From contig MU059441.1 in NCBI GenBank assembly GCA_013265495.1, positions 248,001 to 312,000 on the forward strand: a stretch of DNA of 64,000 nucleotides, in the 5' to 3' direction. Shown here one piece after another: positions 23,647 through 36,245 of the stretch (the first letter of the stretch is position 1; each line of letters starts with the position of its first letter). Origin of the DNA: Vicugna vicugna. Taxonomy: Eukaryota. Made by a program: the position numbers and the translations under genes. The notes beneath the pieces are model-generated. The model made no database searches and had not been told where the DNA came from. It saw nothing but the letters and a program-made list of their open reading frames with translations.

Positions 23647-24296
23647 CTGCCGGCAGGGCGGGGACACCGCTGGTTCCCACAGGGCGGCCTGGACCCTTAT
23701 GGCCAGGCGCCGCCTGGTGCGGACCTCTGCCAGTGTTTGCCCCCCACCTCCTCTCTCGGCCCCTGATCTGACTCTGGCCTCCCTCTGCCAAGCCTCCTCA
23801 CCTCCAGGCTAAGCCCCCCCACCTCCAGGCCGAGCCCCCTATGTCGTCCTCATCTTCGGAGCACACGGATCTCAGCTCTGCCTTCAGATCTCTCTCCCTC
23901 CCACTTCTTTCTCTCCGTCCGGTCCAGCGTCATCAGGGCTACCCTGGACAGTGGCCTTGGCACCTCCCCGCCTCCTGCTACATTCCTGCTAGCACCCCCA
24001 AACCTTCCCCACTCATTCCCTCACTGCCACACTGCCTTCAACACAAAAACCACCCCTCTGCTGGGGGCTCCCTGGGAGTCAGCCCCCCAGGGGACCCTTC
24101 AGCCCCTACTCTCAGGCTTAACCCCTGGGCCACCCAACGTCTAACTCCTTGGCCCTCGCATTGGGCTCCCCAAGCCCCAGCCCCGTGTCACTCACGTCTG
24201 CACGTACCCGCCCCAGTCACCACCTGGCGTCCCGTCTGCACTACTTCCCCCTTCCGGCCTGTGACGTGGTCACCAAGAGGGACGGAACCCCAGCAA

Positions 24297-24499
24297 GACA
24301 CACACACACGCATGCACGCACGCACGCACGCACACACCCGCACACACACACCTGAACGCACACACACTCCCGCACGTGCGCGCGCACACACACACCCCGC
24401 ACGCGGACACACACACACCCCGCACGCGGACACACACACACCCGAACGCACACACACCCCCTGCACGCGGATGCACGCACACACACACCCGCACACACG
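24297..24499. repeat. Compound (CA)/(CACG) microsatellite with a 23-bp tandem unit, UROC1 intron 19
   Basis: Seen directly; cacacacacaccccgcacgcgga twice at 24385-24430. Confidence 0.95.
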
Positions 24500-24816
24500 A
24501 TTGTGCTGCAGAAAGCAGATCACAGCTGCACCAGCTCAAGACGCTGTGCGCTCTGCCCTGCCTTCAGAGCCTGGGGGAAGATGGCATCTTACAGGGAGGT
24601 GGGGGTGGGGGAAGGGTCTCACCGCCGGGACCCCCATGCGGACAGAGGCTGGACTGGAAACAGCCCAGGTGAGCGGGGGCATCTGGTGAGCAGGGAGCCC
24701 TGGCAGACGCTGGGGAGGAGGATGCCAGACTGCTTCCTGGGTGGGCATCCCGGGTCCACAGTCTGGAGGGGCAGTGCCAGCCATGGGGAGAGGGGTGGGG
24801 GCCTGGAGACACTCAC

Positions 24817-24916
24817 TCCGTTGGAGACGTCCCAGCTGAGCACCATCTTGGCCTTCTGCTCGGCCTCCAGGGTCCCGTCCAGCACGAGGCCAAATCCCCC
24901 GTTGATCACCTCTCCC
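24817..24916 (-). CDS. UROC1: UROC1 exon 19 (GEVINGGFGLVLDGTLEAEQKAKMVLSWDVSNG)
   Basis: 100 nt, cgcag acceptor, gtgagt donor; urocanase motif INGGFGLVLDG. Confidence 0.97.
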
Positions 24917-27900
24917 CTGCGAGAGGCAAAGTGTTTCCGGGTCACTCCCGGGTCCTGACCCTGCGAGGGGCAGGCACATCCGGGAAGAGGGCTCCGTTGG
25001 CCCCCGCGCCTTCGCGCTTCACCCTGCGGCCCCCACGTCCACCTTCAGGGCCGCTACGTGCTGCCCCTGGGGGGATGGGGCCACCTTCTCCCTGCGCAGA
25101 CGCCAGGAACCCCGGGGGTCCTGCTCCGGCAGCTCCCCTCCTGCCATCCTCTGAGCTCTTTGTCCGCCTCATTCCTCTTCCTGATCGCTTTAGGCGTATT
25201 TTGGGGTCCTGATGACTTGGGGGCCGAGTCCCTTTGTTTTCAGTACTTCTTCTTTCCTAGTGAACCCATTTCTTGGACAGCCTCCTCTCCCGGCCACTCG
25301 TGTCTGAGCAGGCGTCATTCGTGTCTCACCTGGGCTTGCAGGCGCTGGTCCCCCCACTGCTGGCCCTGCGGTTCTTGTCCATCCGCGGGGGGAATCTCTC
25401 CCCCCAGCACCCCAGATCCGTCCTCACCCTTCTGCTGGACATGGCTCCTGCTGGACGTGGGCACAGCCCCTGCCCAGCACACGTCCCTGACCCCAGCCCC
25501 CTTTGGTCACACACACGGGAAACGCCTTTGATCCGGTCAGCACCTGCCAGGTGTCACTGCCAAACACCAACCCCTGGGACCCCGGCATCCACTCCCAGCC
25601 CCTCCCCGTGGTCCCACACCCGCAGCGTCCTCGTCTCCCTCAACTCTGACCCTTCAGGGCCGTCCTGCCTCACCTGCTTCTCTGCCCGGCCGGACCCCAC
25701 TGACAACTCCAGCCAGCTCCCACCAGGAGGTAAGGACTCCCGGCCCATGGCCCTGCAGCTGAGCTCCCAGCAGTCCCGCAGCCTTGGGGTGGAGGAGGCT
25801 CCCGGCAGAGTTAAGGTCACCATTCACCTGTCGGGGGCTGGTGCTGAGTAGCAGGTGGGAAAGCAGGCGGCAGCCACAGTGGCCAAGTAAGGGCCCCGAC
25901 GTGTCCTCTGACCAGGGGGCTCTTTTGGAGATTAGGATGACATCGTTTATTTTGGGAACCTGAATCCCAGATGGTCAGAGAGCCAAAGCGCTCAGCTCCA
26001 GGTGACCCTGCAAACCCTGCCAGGAGGAGCCCTGAGGCCAGGAAGAGGGCGAGGACTGCGACTCAGCAGCAGGTGAGGGGCAACTCCCAGAATGGGCGGG
26101 ACAGCGAACCGTCCTCTGAGAAGAACACAGAAGCAGAACCCCACCTCCCAGGTGGGAAGGGTCAGTGTAAGACGTGCCAACGAAGGAAGCACCAAATCCT
26201 AGGATGAACAGAGAAGGAGCGCGCAGCTCAGGGACAGTGCCAGCGGGGGACCCATCCCGGCTTCTTCCTAAGTGACGGGTGGAGGGCTCGCCCACAGGTG
26301 GGCCAGGCCTCCCCCAGTCCCCGTGCGCGGCGGACCCGGGTGCGGCGGCCTCTCGGATGCGACCGTGGAGGCGCAGAGGTGAGCTGACGTGTCAGCGTCT
26401 CAGGAAACACCCACCCACACGTCGTGCACGACGGCAGCTCTGGCGACTATAACTAGTTCACTGAATCTTCACCGCGAGCCTGCAGAGCACAGTGTCATCA
26501 CGACCACTTGTTTCTGAGAAACAAGCTCAGCGCAACTGTGTAGACAGATCTGCCTCGAAACCCACACTCCTGATTGTGCGAGCTGCTACTGCCCTGGGGG
26601 CCCGAGTGCCCAGCAGGCGGAGGGGGGCCCGGGCAGGGACGCTGGACCTCCCCTACTCCAACCTGCCGTTGGAGTCTGCATCTTAATGCACACATCCGAG
26701 CTCCGGATGGGCTCTAGTGAGGGAGAACGTCCGTGTTTGGAGGAAGACGTGGGCCGGATACACGCAGTGATTCCTCACACACGCGGGGCCCTGGGGCTTG
26801 ATCCGGGGGTGACAGCAACGGTGACAACACAGGGAGTTGGGGGAAGCCTCAGCTCCCACAGGCGGCCCTGTCCCCACGCAGCTCCTGGAACTGGACGGAC
26901 AGAGACCACAGCAGCTTGACGGAGCTGTCCACCCTGCCCCAGACCAGACTGGCCCCCGACTCCCCCGCTCTGCAGCCCACAGTCCAAAGGGCGCCCTGTC
27001 TAACTGGGAGCAGACAGCAGAGACCGCCGGGCAGACGGCACAGGACAGATGCCTGCATGCGATGAGAATGGAGCTCCGCGGAGACAGGGCAGCTCCGGGA
27101 GCAGAGAGGGGCCCGCCGCTGACCCCGATCAGCTCGGAAACGGGAGCCAGCCAACAGCGTCAAAGCTGAAAGCGAGTCAGGAAGTGTCAGGCGGCTCCCA
27201 TCTGAGAACGTGCTTTTTCCGTACAACAGAGCAAAAGATACAGCTGGAGCTGGAAGGAAGAAAGGCCACGGGACGGGACGCTTTTCCCACTGACCCCGCC
27301 TTGGGGCTTGCAGGAGTGTCTGACGGGCTCAGACACACACGTGCGTGTCTGATAGGGTCCTTCCCCAAAGGAGCCCTCGAGGGCAGCCAGGACAAGGGCC
27401 CTATGCCAGCACCTCCCCACCTGCGCCTGTCAGAGCCTGGGGGCGGCCTGGGGGCTGCACCCCCTCCCAGAGCCAGGGGGCAGAGCCAGCAGCGACCATG
27501 TGCCTGGGTCCTCAGCCCTGCACGCTCTCAGGTGCTCGGTTCCGCCCCGCCTGGCCCTCTGCGTCCTATCAGCAACGCCATGGATCCTGGGCCACGAGGG
27601 GTCTGGGTCCAAATTCAGCTCCACCCCCAGCTGGGTCCCTCCTTCTGAGTCACTCTGTCACCTCCAGAACCAACTCAGCAAACCCAGTGCCGAGACACCT
27701 GGCGCCCAGTAACCAGGCACTGTCCCCGTCTGGATTTTGTCGGCCTGTGTATCCACAGTCACGTTTTCCATTAATTAGGGCCACATGACTGGGTGGCTCC
27801 AAATTCGTCCTCGAAGGGCCTGAGGGCAAGTCAGCCCACAGGGCGCTCCCGGAGGCTGCATCGCTTTGGACTTGGCTCTGGAGGACAAGGCCGGGCCTGA

Positions 27901-28054
27901 TCAGGCCAAAGCGGGCTCAGAGGTAGGTTCAGGGATGGCCGGCAGCCTGGGGATCTGTCCTCTGTGAAGCCGCGGCACCCTTTGCTGCCGCGAGGGGCTA
28001 GGAACCCGCAGTGGCCAGAGCTCCCCAGGAGACCCCCGCAGGCACAGCCAGGTG

Positions 28055-28175
28055 TCTCGGTTTCCTTGTCACTAAATGTGTTTCTTGCCCGAGATTAGGT
28101 GAGAGAGTGGATTCAAAGAGTTTAGCAAATGCTTGCCACATGGTCCACTTGCAGTAAATATTATTCATTATTCTT
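28055..28175 (+). mobile_element. MIR fragment
   Basis: tctcggtttccttgtc...gagattaggtgagag...aatgcttgccacatgg. Confidence 0.4.
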
Positions 28176-28184
28176 CGCAGTGAA

Positions 28185-28957
28185 TGTGACATTGTGATTT
28201 GTAGTAAGAGATAAACATTTGGTCTTCGTCCCGTCCCTGGCCCAGAGCTCCGAAGACCCTCGGAACTCCCTGCGATGAGCAGGGTACGAATATCTTCCGT
28301 TGCACTAAGGAGGAGACCTCCAGAACTCACCCGAGGGCGGGGCGGGGCTGGCCGCCAGCGGGGTCCACGGCGCGACCAGCCGGCCTTCTGAGGTCGGGGG
28401 CGCTGAGTCAGTCACTGTCGGCCAACGATTCAGTCACTCGTGCCCGTGTAAGGGAACTCCCACAAACCCCCAAAGTACGGGTCTGGGGGGCTTCCGGGTT
28501 GGGGAACCAGACCAATGCCACGGGCCGGGCCTGGACTCCACGAGGTCAGGAGCTCCTTTGGGTCCTCACCCCACATATCTCCTCATCTGCCTGTTGATTC
28601 ATGTCCTTTGGTATCTTCCCTGATAAGTCAGTAATCTCACGAGTAAACGGGTTCCCTGCAAACTGTGAGCTGCTCTAGCAAATCAGTGGACCCTGAGGAG
28701 GGGGTCCCAGGAACCCTGAGCGATGGCTGGTCCAGTCGGGCAGAAGCACAGGTGACACCGTGGACTTTCTTGCGACTGGAGTCAGAAGTGGGGGGCAATG
28801 GAGGTGGGGGTGGGGGCCAGTCTGTGGGACTGAGCCCTCCACCCGTGGGTGTCATCTCCGGCGACAGTGTCAGAACTGAGTTGAACTGCAGGACACCCAG
28901 CTGGTGTCGAAAACCCCGCGCGTCGGACTTGGGTGCAGAGTTAAGGGATGTCTCCAC
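28185..28957 (+). mobile_element. MER21-type LTR, near full length, antisense in UROC1 intron 18
   Basis: Starts tgtgacattgtgatttgtagtaag...tttggtcttcgtccc; contains agtgtcagaactgagttgaactgcaggacacccagctggtgtc; ends ...ccaca. Confidence 0.75.
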
Positions 28958-29346
28958 AGGGGACGGCACTGTGACCCAGAAGAGAATCTCCCAGAAACCC
29001 ACCTCGTGGCGCAGGCTGGAGACAGGCCCAGCAGAGCAGAGCCCAGAAACCGGGTCCCCGCCTCCCAGCCCAGCGGCCCTGGCGGAGTGAGAACTCGGGG
29101 CTGGGCCAGCCTGAGGTCTCCCAGGAAACATCTGTGGGCGCGTCATGGAGACGACGGGTAGGCTGTGCTCTGGCACCCACAGCAGCCTCGGTGTCCCACC
29201 CGACAGGCGAGACCCCAAAGCTCCAGTCACGTCAGAGACACCATCAGCAGAGGGAGCTTGGAGAGGCAGGCCCAGGACCCTCGGGGGACCCCCCAAGATT
29301 CCTCGTGAGCCCCGCCCACACCCCCGGGTCCCCAGAACCCTCTTAC

Positions 29347-29428
29347 CAGCCGACACCCCCGCCGTTGTGAAGAGCAACCCAGGTGGCTCCTCGGAAGGCA
29401 TCTCCCACGAAGTTCTGCACAGCCATGT
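29347..29428 (-). CDS. UROC1: UROC1 exon 18 (DMAVQNFVGDAFRGATWVALHNGGGVGW)
   Basis: 82 nt, cgcag acceptor, gtaaga donor; urocanase signature HNGGGVGW; missed by the ORF track. Confidence 0.97.
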
Positions 29429-29984
29429 CTGCGGAATCAGAGCCCGTCAGCCCCTGAGCGCAGCGGCAGGGCCTGAGGACCGACGGGAACCAGGGAGGGC
29501 GACTCTAGGAGCAGCAGTAACGTCCGTCTCCAGAGCTGAGCGAGCAGGAGCCCCGGACGAGGGCCGGACCACCACCACTGCCACCTGCGCCGCTTGCTCC
29601 TCAGCTCTGAGGGCCTGCACAGTGCCCACAGGAACGACGACAGAGGACGTCCAAGGGACGTGGTGGCGGTTTGATCTCAGATGACAGAGCATCCCTGCCA
29701 CCCTGAACACACACCCACAAAGGGCGGGGGACAAAGTAACGGCCGTTCTTGGCCCCAGCAGAGGACTGAGGTCCCAGGGCAGTGACTACCGGGCCTGTGG
29801 GAGGTGGACCTGAGCCTCAGGCATCTGAGGACTCGCTCAAGGACAGACTGGGATGGCCCGAGATGCAAGGCCCCAGGACAGGGATCAGGGATGGAGGGGT
29901 CGGCACTCTGCTGCGAGCTCCACCCCCAAACCCCTGCCAGTGCCCATGGAGAAGAGGAGGGCTCCTGGGGACGCACTACGGGTC

Positions 29985-30140
29985 CTCCCTGCAGCCTCCT
30001 GAGACGCCACAGCTCTGTCCACAGCTCAGCATAAGCCCTGAGAAACTGATTCCAGGCTTTGGAGCTTCGGGGCCGCAAGGGAATACACCTGTGCTGTTTC
30101 CAGCCTCCAAGTGTGTGGCCACAGGACAGAAACGTGAACT
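29985..30140 (+). mobile_element. MLT1 (MaLR) LTR 3' fragment
   Basis: gccctgagaaactgattccaggctttggagctt...tgtgctgtttccagcctccaagtgtgtgg. Confidence 0.5.
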
Positions 30141-30399
30141 ATGTTAGTGCCAGAGAGCGTCCGAGCAAGCAGGTCGTCAAGGGTAAAGGGACATCCCGCA
30201 GCAACGGGCAGGGCGGGTCTCCAGGAAGACACCACAACCTGACAGCACAGCCTTAAAACGCGCACAGCAAGGTGGCTAAGAGCTGAAAGGAGAGCAGGCG
30301 ACCCGAAGGAGAGTGGGGCCATCACCGCCATCTCTCAGGGGTTCGCGGACAAGCAGGCAGACAGGCAGGCAGGCAGCAGGGTCCGGAGGACAGGAACAG

Positions 30400-30980
30400 G
30401 ACTTGAGCAGCCGCCCAAACACAGTGGAGTACACCCTCCCCCCAAGTGCGCCCAGGTGGACCACATTCTGGCCGCAACACATTTTAAAGAACAGAATGTT
30501 TTCAGACTATAAAGGAATGAATAAAGTCAGCAACAGAAAGATGTTTGAAAACTCTCCCCAAACGTGGAAATGTTAAAAGATCCTTCTAAATAACCCATGG
30601 ATCCAAGAGAACGTCTCAAAAGAAGTTTAAAAATATTTCAAGCTGAATGAAAATGAAAATACATTATGTAAAAGTTGTAGAGTGCAGCTAAAGGAGTGCT
30701 TAGAGGGAAATTTATGGCCTTAAAACACTAATATTAGAAGAGAAAAAAGGTTTAAAATCAGTAACCTCAGCTTCCACCTCATGAAACCGGAGAAGAAACA
30801 GCAAATGAAACCCAGAGTGAACAGGAAGGCGGTCGTGCTAAAGTCAGAGCAGAAATCAGTGAATTCGGAAGCAGGGAAACAATAGAAAAACTCAATTAAA
30901 CTAAAAGCTGCTTCTTCGAGATCAACAAAACTGACAAACTTCTGCCCAGACTGACCGAGGAAAAGAAAGAGGACACCAGT
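30400..30980 (+). mobile_element. Old LINE-1 ORF2 fragment (end of endonuclease and linker), non-coding
   Basis: ctaaataacccatggatccaagag, gcagctaaaggagtgcttagagggaaatttatggc, gatcaacaaaactgacaaac. Confidence 0.8.
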
Positions 30981-31568
30981 GACCAGCGGCAGCACGGCTG
31001 ACCCCAGACACTGAACACAGCACAGGAGTCTGACTCTGAGCCTGTGGAGTCCGTGAGCCAGGAAGCAGCGATGTGGACGGTGCTCCTGAGGGTCCTCCCC
31101 TCAGGGACCCATCCCACAGCGGGGAGCCCCAGGGCTGGGGATGAGAAGGCCCCCGAGCGGAACGCAGCAGCCCTGTGGTGACTGAAGTGGTCCCCTCGCC
31201 GACCGCGGGCTGCAGGCGCAGACGTAACGCCGTGCAGAGCGCACGTCGTTCTTCACGACAGCCCTGAGGGGTAGGGGCTGCTGCCGTCTCCTCTGCGCAG
31301 ACGGGACCCTGAGCATCCCCCGGCGCGTGAGGGTCCAGGCGCACCCAGTCTGGGCGTGGCCCTGCGGGGCCCGCCTGGCACCTCCCCGGTTTACAACTGC
31401 AAGTCCCACGCCCCAGAACCCACTCCGTCCTGGGCTGGTCACCCTGTGCCACGCCCCCCGGATGCCAGCACCTTTTCCACAGCATCATGACTGAATGAAT
31501 GAAGCAACTGATTTTTAAATAAAACCCAAATCCAACACAGAAACATTTAACCTCGCTGTCTCCCTCAC

Positions 31569-31668
31569 CCGCACAGAAGGCAGAGCCGTCATGAATGTTG
31601 GAGGTCTCCCTAAACGGGCTGTCGGTGCCGCTGACATCATGGTGGTCTCGGCTCAGCACCACAGGCGC
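31569..31668 (-). CDS. UROC1: UROC1 exon 17 (APVVLSRDHHDVSGTDSPFRETSNIHDGSAFCA)
   Basis: 100 nt, ggcag acceptor, gtgagg donor; urocanase RDH..SP.RET motif. Confidence 0.97.
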
Positions 31669-32545
31669 CTGCCATGGGGAAGGACACAGAGGTCAGCCAA
31701 CAGCATCCACGTGCTGCCCCGCGCAGGGCGGAGCTCAAGGGTCAGTGCATGCCAGGCGCCTGCCGGGTCCCCCCTGGAAAACGGACCTTCGGGGAGGGGG
31801 AAGCACAGGCGTTTCCAGCACCCCCAGGCTCCTCAGAGACGCACGGACCTGGGCACTTACCGTCCCCCCGGGGCCCTGTGTGGCTCTCTGAGCGTCCTCA
31901 ACCCCACCCGCACTGTCATCCCTACTTTACAGACAGGAAGCCTGCAGCCCAGAGAGGACAGAACACCTCCCAGCCTGGCGGGGCCGCAGGGATTGCAACC
32001 TGCACCAGCGGTCCCGGGCCCTCACGGCCCCCACGTCCGGGGAGCTGCCGTGTGCTCGTCACGCCGGGGCCTCTGGACGGACACCCCTGCCCGTGTGCCC
32101 ACAGCGCCCTCCACCTGGACCCGTCTGCCCTGCCCTCTGCTCAGCGCCCAGTGTTAGAACGAGCCCTGCGCAGAGGAGGCTGGAGGGAAGGAAGGGAGGG
32201 AGGAGGAGGAAGATGCTGCCCCGTCAGCCCCACGCGGTGAGCGAGGTGGGCTGGGACGGCCAGGAGGAAAATGGGGAGAAGCCAGGGAAGTCTGCCACAG
32301 CTTGACAGAGACAGTTCAACAGAGCTGCACGAAACACTTGTGGGGAAGCCCCCTCCCACACGCAGGGGTTACGTGAGCCTCCTCTCTGAGACGGGGCTCA
32401 GGGAGGGCACCCGACGGCCCAGAGTCACAAAGCAGGGACCGCGTCAGAGCCCAGATTGGAGGGCAGGCCTCCTCCCTCCTGGGACCCCGGCTGGCTCTGG
32501 GGCGAGGAGCCCAGGGGAGCCCCCCCACAGCGCAGGACAGGCCAC

Positions 32546-32644
32546 CTTGATCTCCCCCCGGGCAATGGCTTGGTTGAAGGCCACAGCGATGGCCACACGG
32601 CCTTTCTGGTCTGAGTACAGGATCCTCGCCTGGGAGCCCACCAC
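32546..32644 (-). CDS. UROC1: UROC1 exon 16 (VVGSQARILYSDQKGRVAIAVAFNQAIARGEIK)
   Basis: 99 nt, ctgcag acceptor, gtggcc donor. Confidence 0.96.
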
Positions 32645-33378
32645 CTGCAGAAAGAAGGCTGAGAGTTGACCTTGAGGGGCCCCCAGGAACACGTCCACCA
32701 GCAGCCAGATGGTCGCCTCTGGGGGTGGGGGTGTTTGCGGCCAAAGGCATGTGAGCCAGTTCTTGCTCTGTGCTGGTGCCCCAGGCTGGCTCCCTCCTCA
32801 GGCTGTGCACCGGCTGGCCCCTCTGCCTCCGCCACGGTCACACGCTGGCCCCCCAGCCCCCAGCCCCACACTTAGCCCCCAACTCATAAGTCAGCTCCTC
32901 AGAGACACCCTCTGACTGGTCTGTGTGACCCAGTCCACGTTCACAGCCACAGAAATACCCATCCAATCACGCTGGCCCCGCGGAGCCTCGGAGCACGCAG
33001 CCAGGGAGCACGGGCCGCTCTGGCACCTCCACTGTGCAGACCAGGTGGGAGGCCCAGGGAGGCTGAGCCACTCACCCTAGGTCACCCAGCTGAGAAGCCA
33101 GGGGGCCTGGCTCCAGGGCCCCGCAGGGCCGCCCCTGGAGAGCTGTGTGTGCCACGACTGGGAGGAAGGGCCTGCCTGGCCCTGGTCGCTGCCCTGGAGC
33201 CCGGGCCGCCGCCTTCTGAAGGCCCCAGGTTTCTTTGTCCAGTGCCCCCCAGTGCCAGGCGGCGGCCGCTGCCTCCTCAGGCCAGTGGGGACACCAGCGA
33301 AGCAGTTCCGCGGGGCTCACGTCTACCGGCCCCGAGTGACCTCCCCCCAGCGAGCCTCCCGCCAGGCTGAGCCCTCAC

Positions 33379-33449
33379 CAGCCGGTGCTTGGCGGCCTCG
33401 CGGACCCAGCGGATGTTGTCCATGTACTGCAGCTTCACAGCCGGGTCCA
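33379..33449 (-). CDS. UROC1: UROC1 exon 15 (VDPAVKLQYMDNIRWVREAAKHRL)
   Basis: 71 nt, ctgcag acceptor, gtgagg donor. Confidence 0.96.
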
Positions 33450-34927
33450 CTGCAGGGAGAGAGGGAGGCAGCGTCGTGGGCCCTGGGAGCCCCTGCCCCA
33501 TGGTTCGGGGCAGTGGGGTGGGCAGACCCTACCCCGGAGGGCGGCTCAGCGGGGGCTCCCGTCTGCACCCTTCACTGGACCTGGACTCGGGGTCCACAAG
33601 CCTCCAGCCTCAGCCCCACACCAGCCCATCTCACTCTGGGACACAGCAAGGCCAGGGGCCAGGTGAGCCTGTGCTCAGATGTGTAAGGCCACTGCCCCGG
33701 TCAGTCATTCCCTCAGCGAACACCTAGGGAGTGCCTGCTGAGAGCCAGGCCCTGGGACAAAGGCTGCTGAAGACCGTGAAGAAATAGGTGCTGTGTGCTC
33801 GTCACTGGGGTGGCCAGTCGGGGAACCCAAGGGCTCTCATGTCAGGTGGCGGCCAAGCCAAGTGCTAAACGCCCAGGAGGAACCAGCTGCACGATGATCT
33901 GGGGGAACAGTGTTCTGGCAGAGGGAACAGCAAGCGCAAACGCCCTGAGGTGGACACAGCTTGGCCCCGCCCTGCAGGACAGGCAGGTAGATAAAGTGCG
34001 GAGGGCGTGTGGAGTGGGGTGGCCGCCGCGGAGCTCGGGGGACAGACTGTTACATCCTCAGGAATCATGTGAGCCGGGGGTTCACAGACATTGTTAAAAT
34101 TTCAATTAAATAAACTTGCACTTTGAACAACAGTATTAAAAATGAGAGTAACGCCCACACATGGGGACTTCTAGTGCCTTCACTGCCTTTTACCAGAATC
34201 TGCGCCCTCCAGGTTCTCCACCTGCTCTGTTCGTGTGGAATCAGCCCCTGAGCGCAGGTGCAGTACGGCCACCAGAGTGTTCAGCAGGTTTCCCAGTTCC
34301 AACACCAAGAAGCCCCTGCAGGCCCTGCCCATGTTTCCAGAAGGCCCCGCCCCTTCCTCCCCGCCCCCGTTGGCTCCGCCCACACAAGGCCCCACCCACC
34401 TGGCTCTCCCACCCTGGATCCCTAACCAGGAGCACCCCAAGCCCACCCCGCCTGGATGTGGGCGGCGGGGTGAAACGGGCCATGGGGATGTAAAACAAGC
34501 AGCAAAGGCTGACCAGCCACCCAGAGAGCCCGAGAGAAGGTGGCGCAGGGCCCCCCGTGAAGAAAGTTCGGAGCACCAGGGTGGAAGCCCCAGCAGCCAG
34601 GAGGTGCTGTAAAGTAACTGCCCCCTCCTCTCCAACCCTCTGCAGAAGAAGGGGCCGCGGCTAAGCCAGGGCCGTCCATGCGAGGGCAGAGCCGCAGACG
34701 GCCTGGAGCCGCTCTGAGGTAAGGACCGCAGAGTGGCCGGGACGTGTGGAGGTGACCAGGCAGATGGCCCAGGGCAGCTATGAGCAGGCAGAAGCACTGT
34801 CTCCAGGCGCCACCCACGGCCACGTGCCCGGTGCCCACAGCGCCAGGCAGGAGGCCAGCAGGGCCAGGCGGGTGTCTGTGGGAGCCCCTGGGGGCCGCCC
34901 ACCTGCCAGCATCTCCAACAGCCTCAC

Positions 34928-35049
34928 CTCCGCCCGCAATGGCCTCCTCCAGCACGGATGTGGCCAGCTGATCTGTGACCGCCAGGTCCTGGGGGTCCCC
35001 CGACGTGCACACCCAGCGGAAAGGCCCAAATCCCTGGGAGAATATGTCC
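34928..35049 (-). CDS. UROC1: UROC1 exon 14 (DIFSQGFGPFRWVCTSGDPQDLAVTDQLATSVLEEAIAGG)
   Basis: 122 nt, ctgcag acceptor, gtgagg donor; GPFRW motif including Arg450. Confidence 0.97.
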
Positions 35050-36172
35050 CTGCAGGGGCAAAAGGCTCATCACCTGGGGGCTTCCCGGGCTGGCTGCAGC
35101 CCCTTCCGGGGTCACCATGGCCCAAGGACAGGAAGGCCACAGAGCTCCAGGACTGAGGGGTGAGGGCTGTGTGCAGGGTAGGTGCTTGGCAGGGGGCTGG
35201 CTGGTTGCCGGGGGTGTCAGCATCCAGGATTGTTGCTGGAAGCCCCTAAGCCGCTAACTGGACAGTCACATCAGAGGCCCCTCCCCCACCCCTGTCCCCT
35301 CAGCGTCCCTCCCCAGCTCTCTGTCCCCTCTCGGGGCTGCACTATCTCCACAGGAGCAAGGGCCAGGACACAGACAGGAGGAAACTCCTCAGATCGCTGT
35401 TAGGGACAACCTGGCAACCAGGCCACCAAACTGCAAAGGGGGAGAAAGAGTAAACGGAGACTTGGCCAGATCTGCTGCAGGAGGCCTGACCTTCTGAGCT
35501 GACCCAGGCAGGGGGGTGCAGGGCCCTCCCCGAGCTCTCACACTCACCCAGCCCCTCACGGCTCCCCTCTTGCTGCCCCTGGGGACGCCCTGGTGGCCCT
35601 GGACCTGTGGCCGTGGCCCAGCTCTGTCCTCCTCCCCACCAACAATGAACCTGAGAAGGACGCTGGCCTCTCACGCCTCCTCTTCAGGTCCCCTCTGATG
35701 TGCACCCGCCGGCTCCCCGCCCCACCCCAGCTGCTTAGACTCCAGCTCCAGGCTCCTCTCCCCCCCAACAGCTCCTCCTCCCCGTCGGTCCTGGGCCCCA
35801 CTAGGCCAGCCAGCAGGCAGGCACACGGGTGGCAGGGATCAGGCCGCTAGCTGCCCAGTCGGAGCTCAGGCGTGGCCATGGGACGGGCGGCTCCTTGGAC
35901 ACGACATCCAGGACCGTGGGACATGGAGGTTGGGAGGGTCACTGAAGGTGACCTTGGCTCCAGCCCCCAGCATCCTGTTCTCTTACTGGGGCCCTGCATA
36001 GGGTCTCACACTTTGGCTCCCCTTCCTGCATTTGGGGTGGAGACGCCGGGACCTGCGGCCTGGTCCCCTCAGGGCTGAGCGCAGGTCTCTGCATGTGGCC
36101 TCAGCGGCAGTCAGAGGAGGGGCTCCTCAGACCTGGGTGTCCAGGACCAGACGCCGCGGGCCGGTCACTTAC

Positions 36173-36245
36173 CCCATAATGTGCTGCACGTAGGAGGGGT
36201 AGCGGAACTCTGTCTTGTTGGCCCCCACCTTCCCCACGTCAGCCC
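36173..36245 (-). CDS. UROC1: UROC1 exon 13 (ADVGKVGANKTEFRYPSYVQHIMG)
   Basis: 73 nt, cacag acceptor, gtaagt donor. Confidence 0.96.

Noticed and set aside
23841-24689. 282-aa ORF with His/Thr/Ala repeats
   Set aside because: Translation of the CA microsatellite
21085-28957. Two MER21 LTRs in opposite orientation flanking the UROC1 3' end (provirus, or double-stranded RNA partner)
   Set aside because: Opposite orientation excludes one provirus; the copies are old and diverged, and one lies beyond the poly(A) signal
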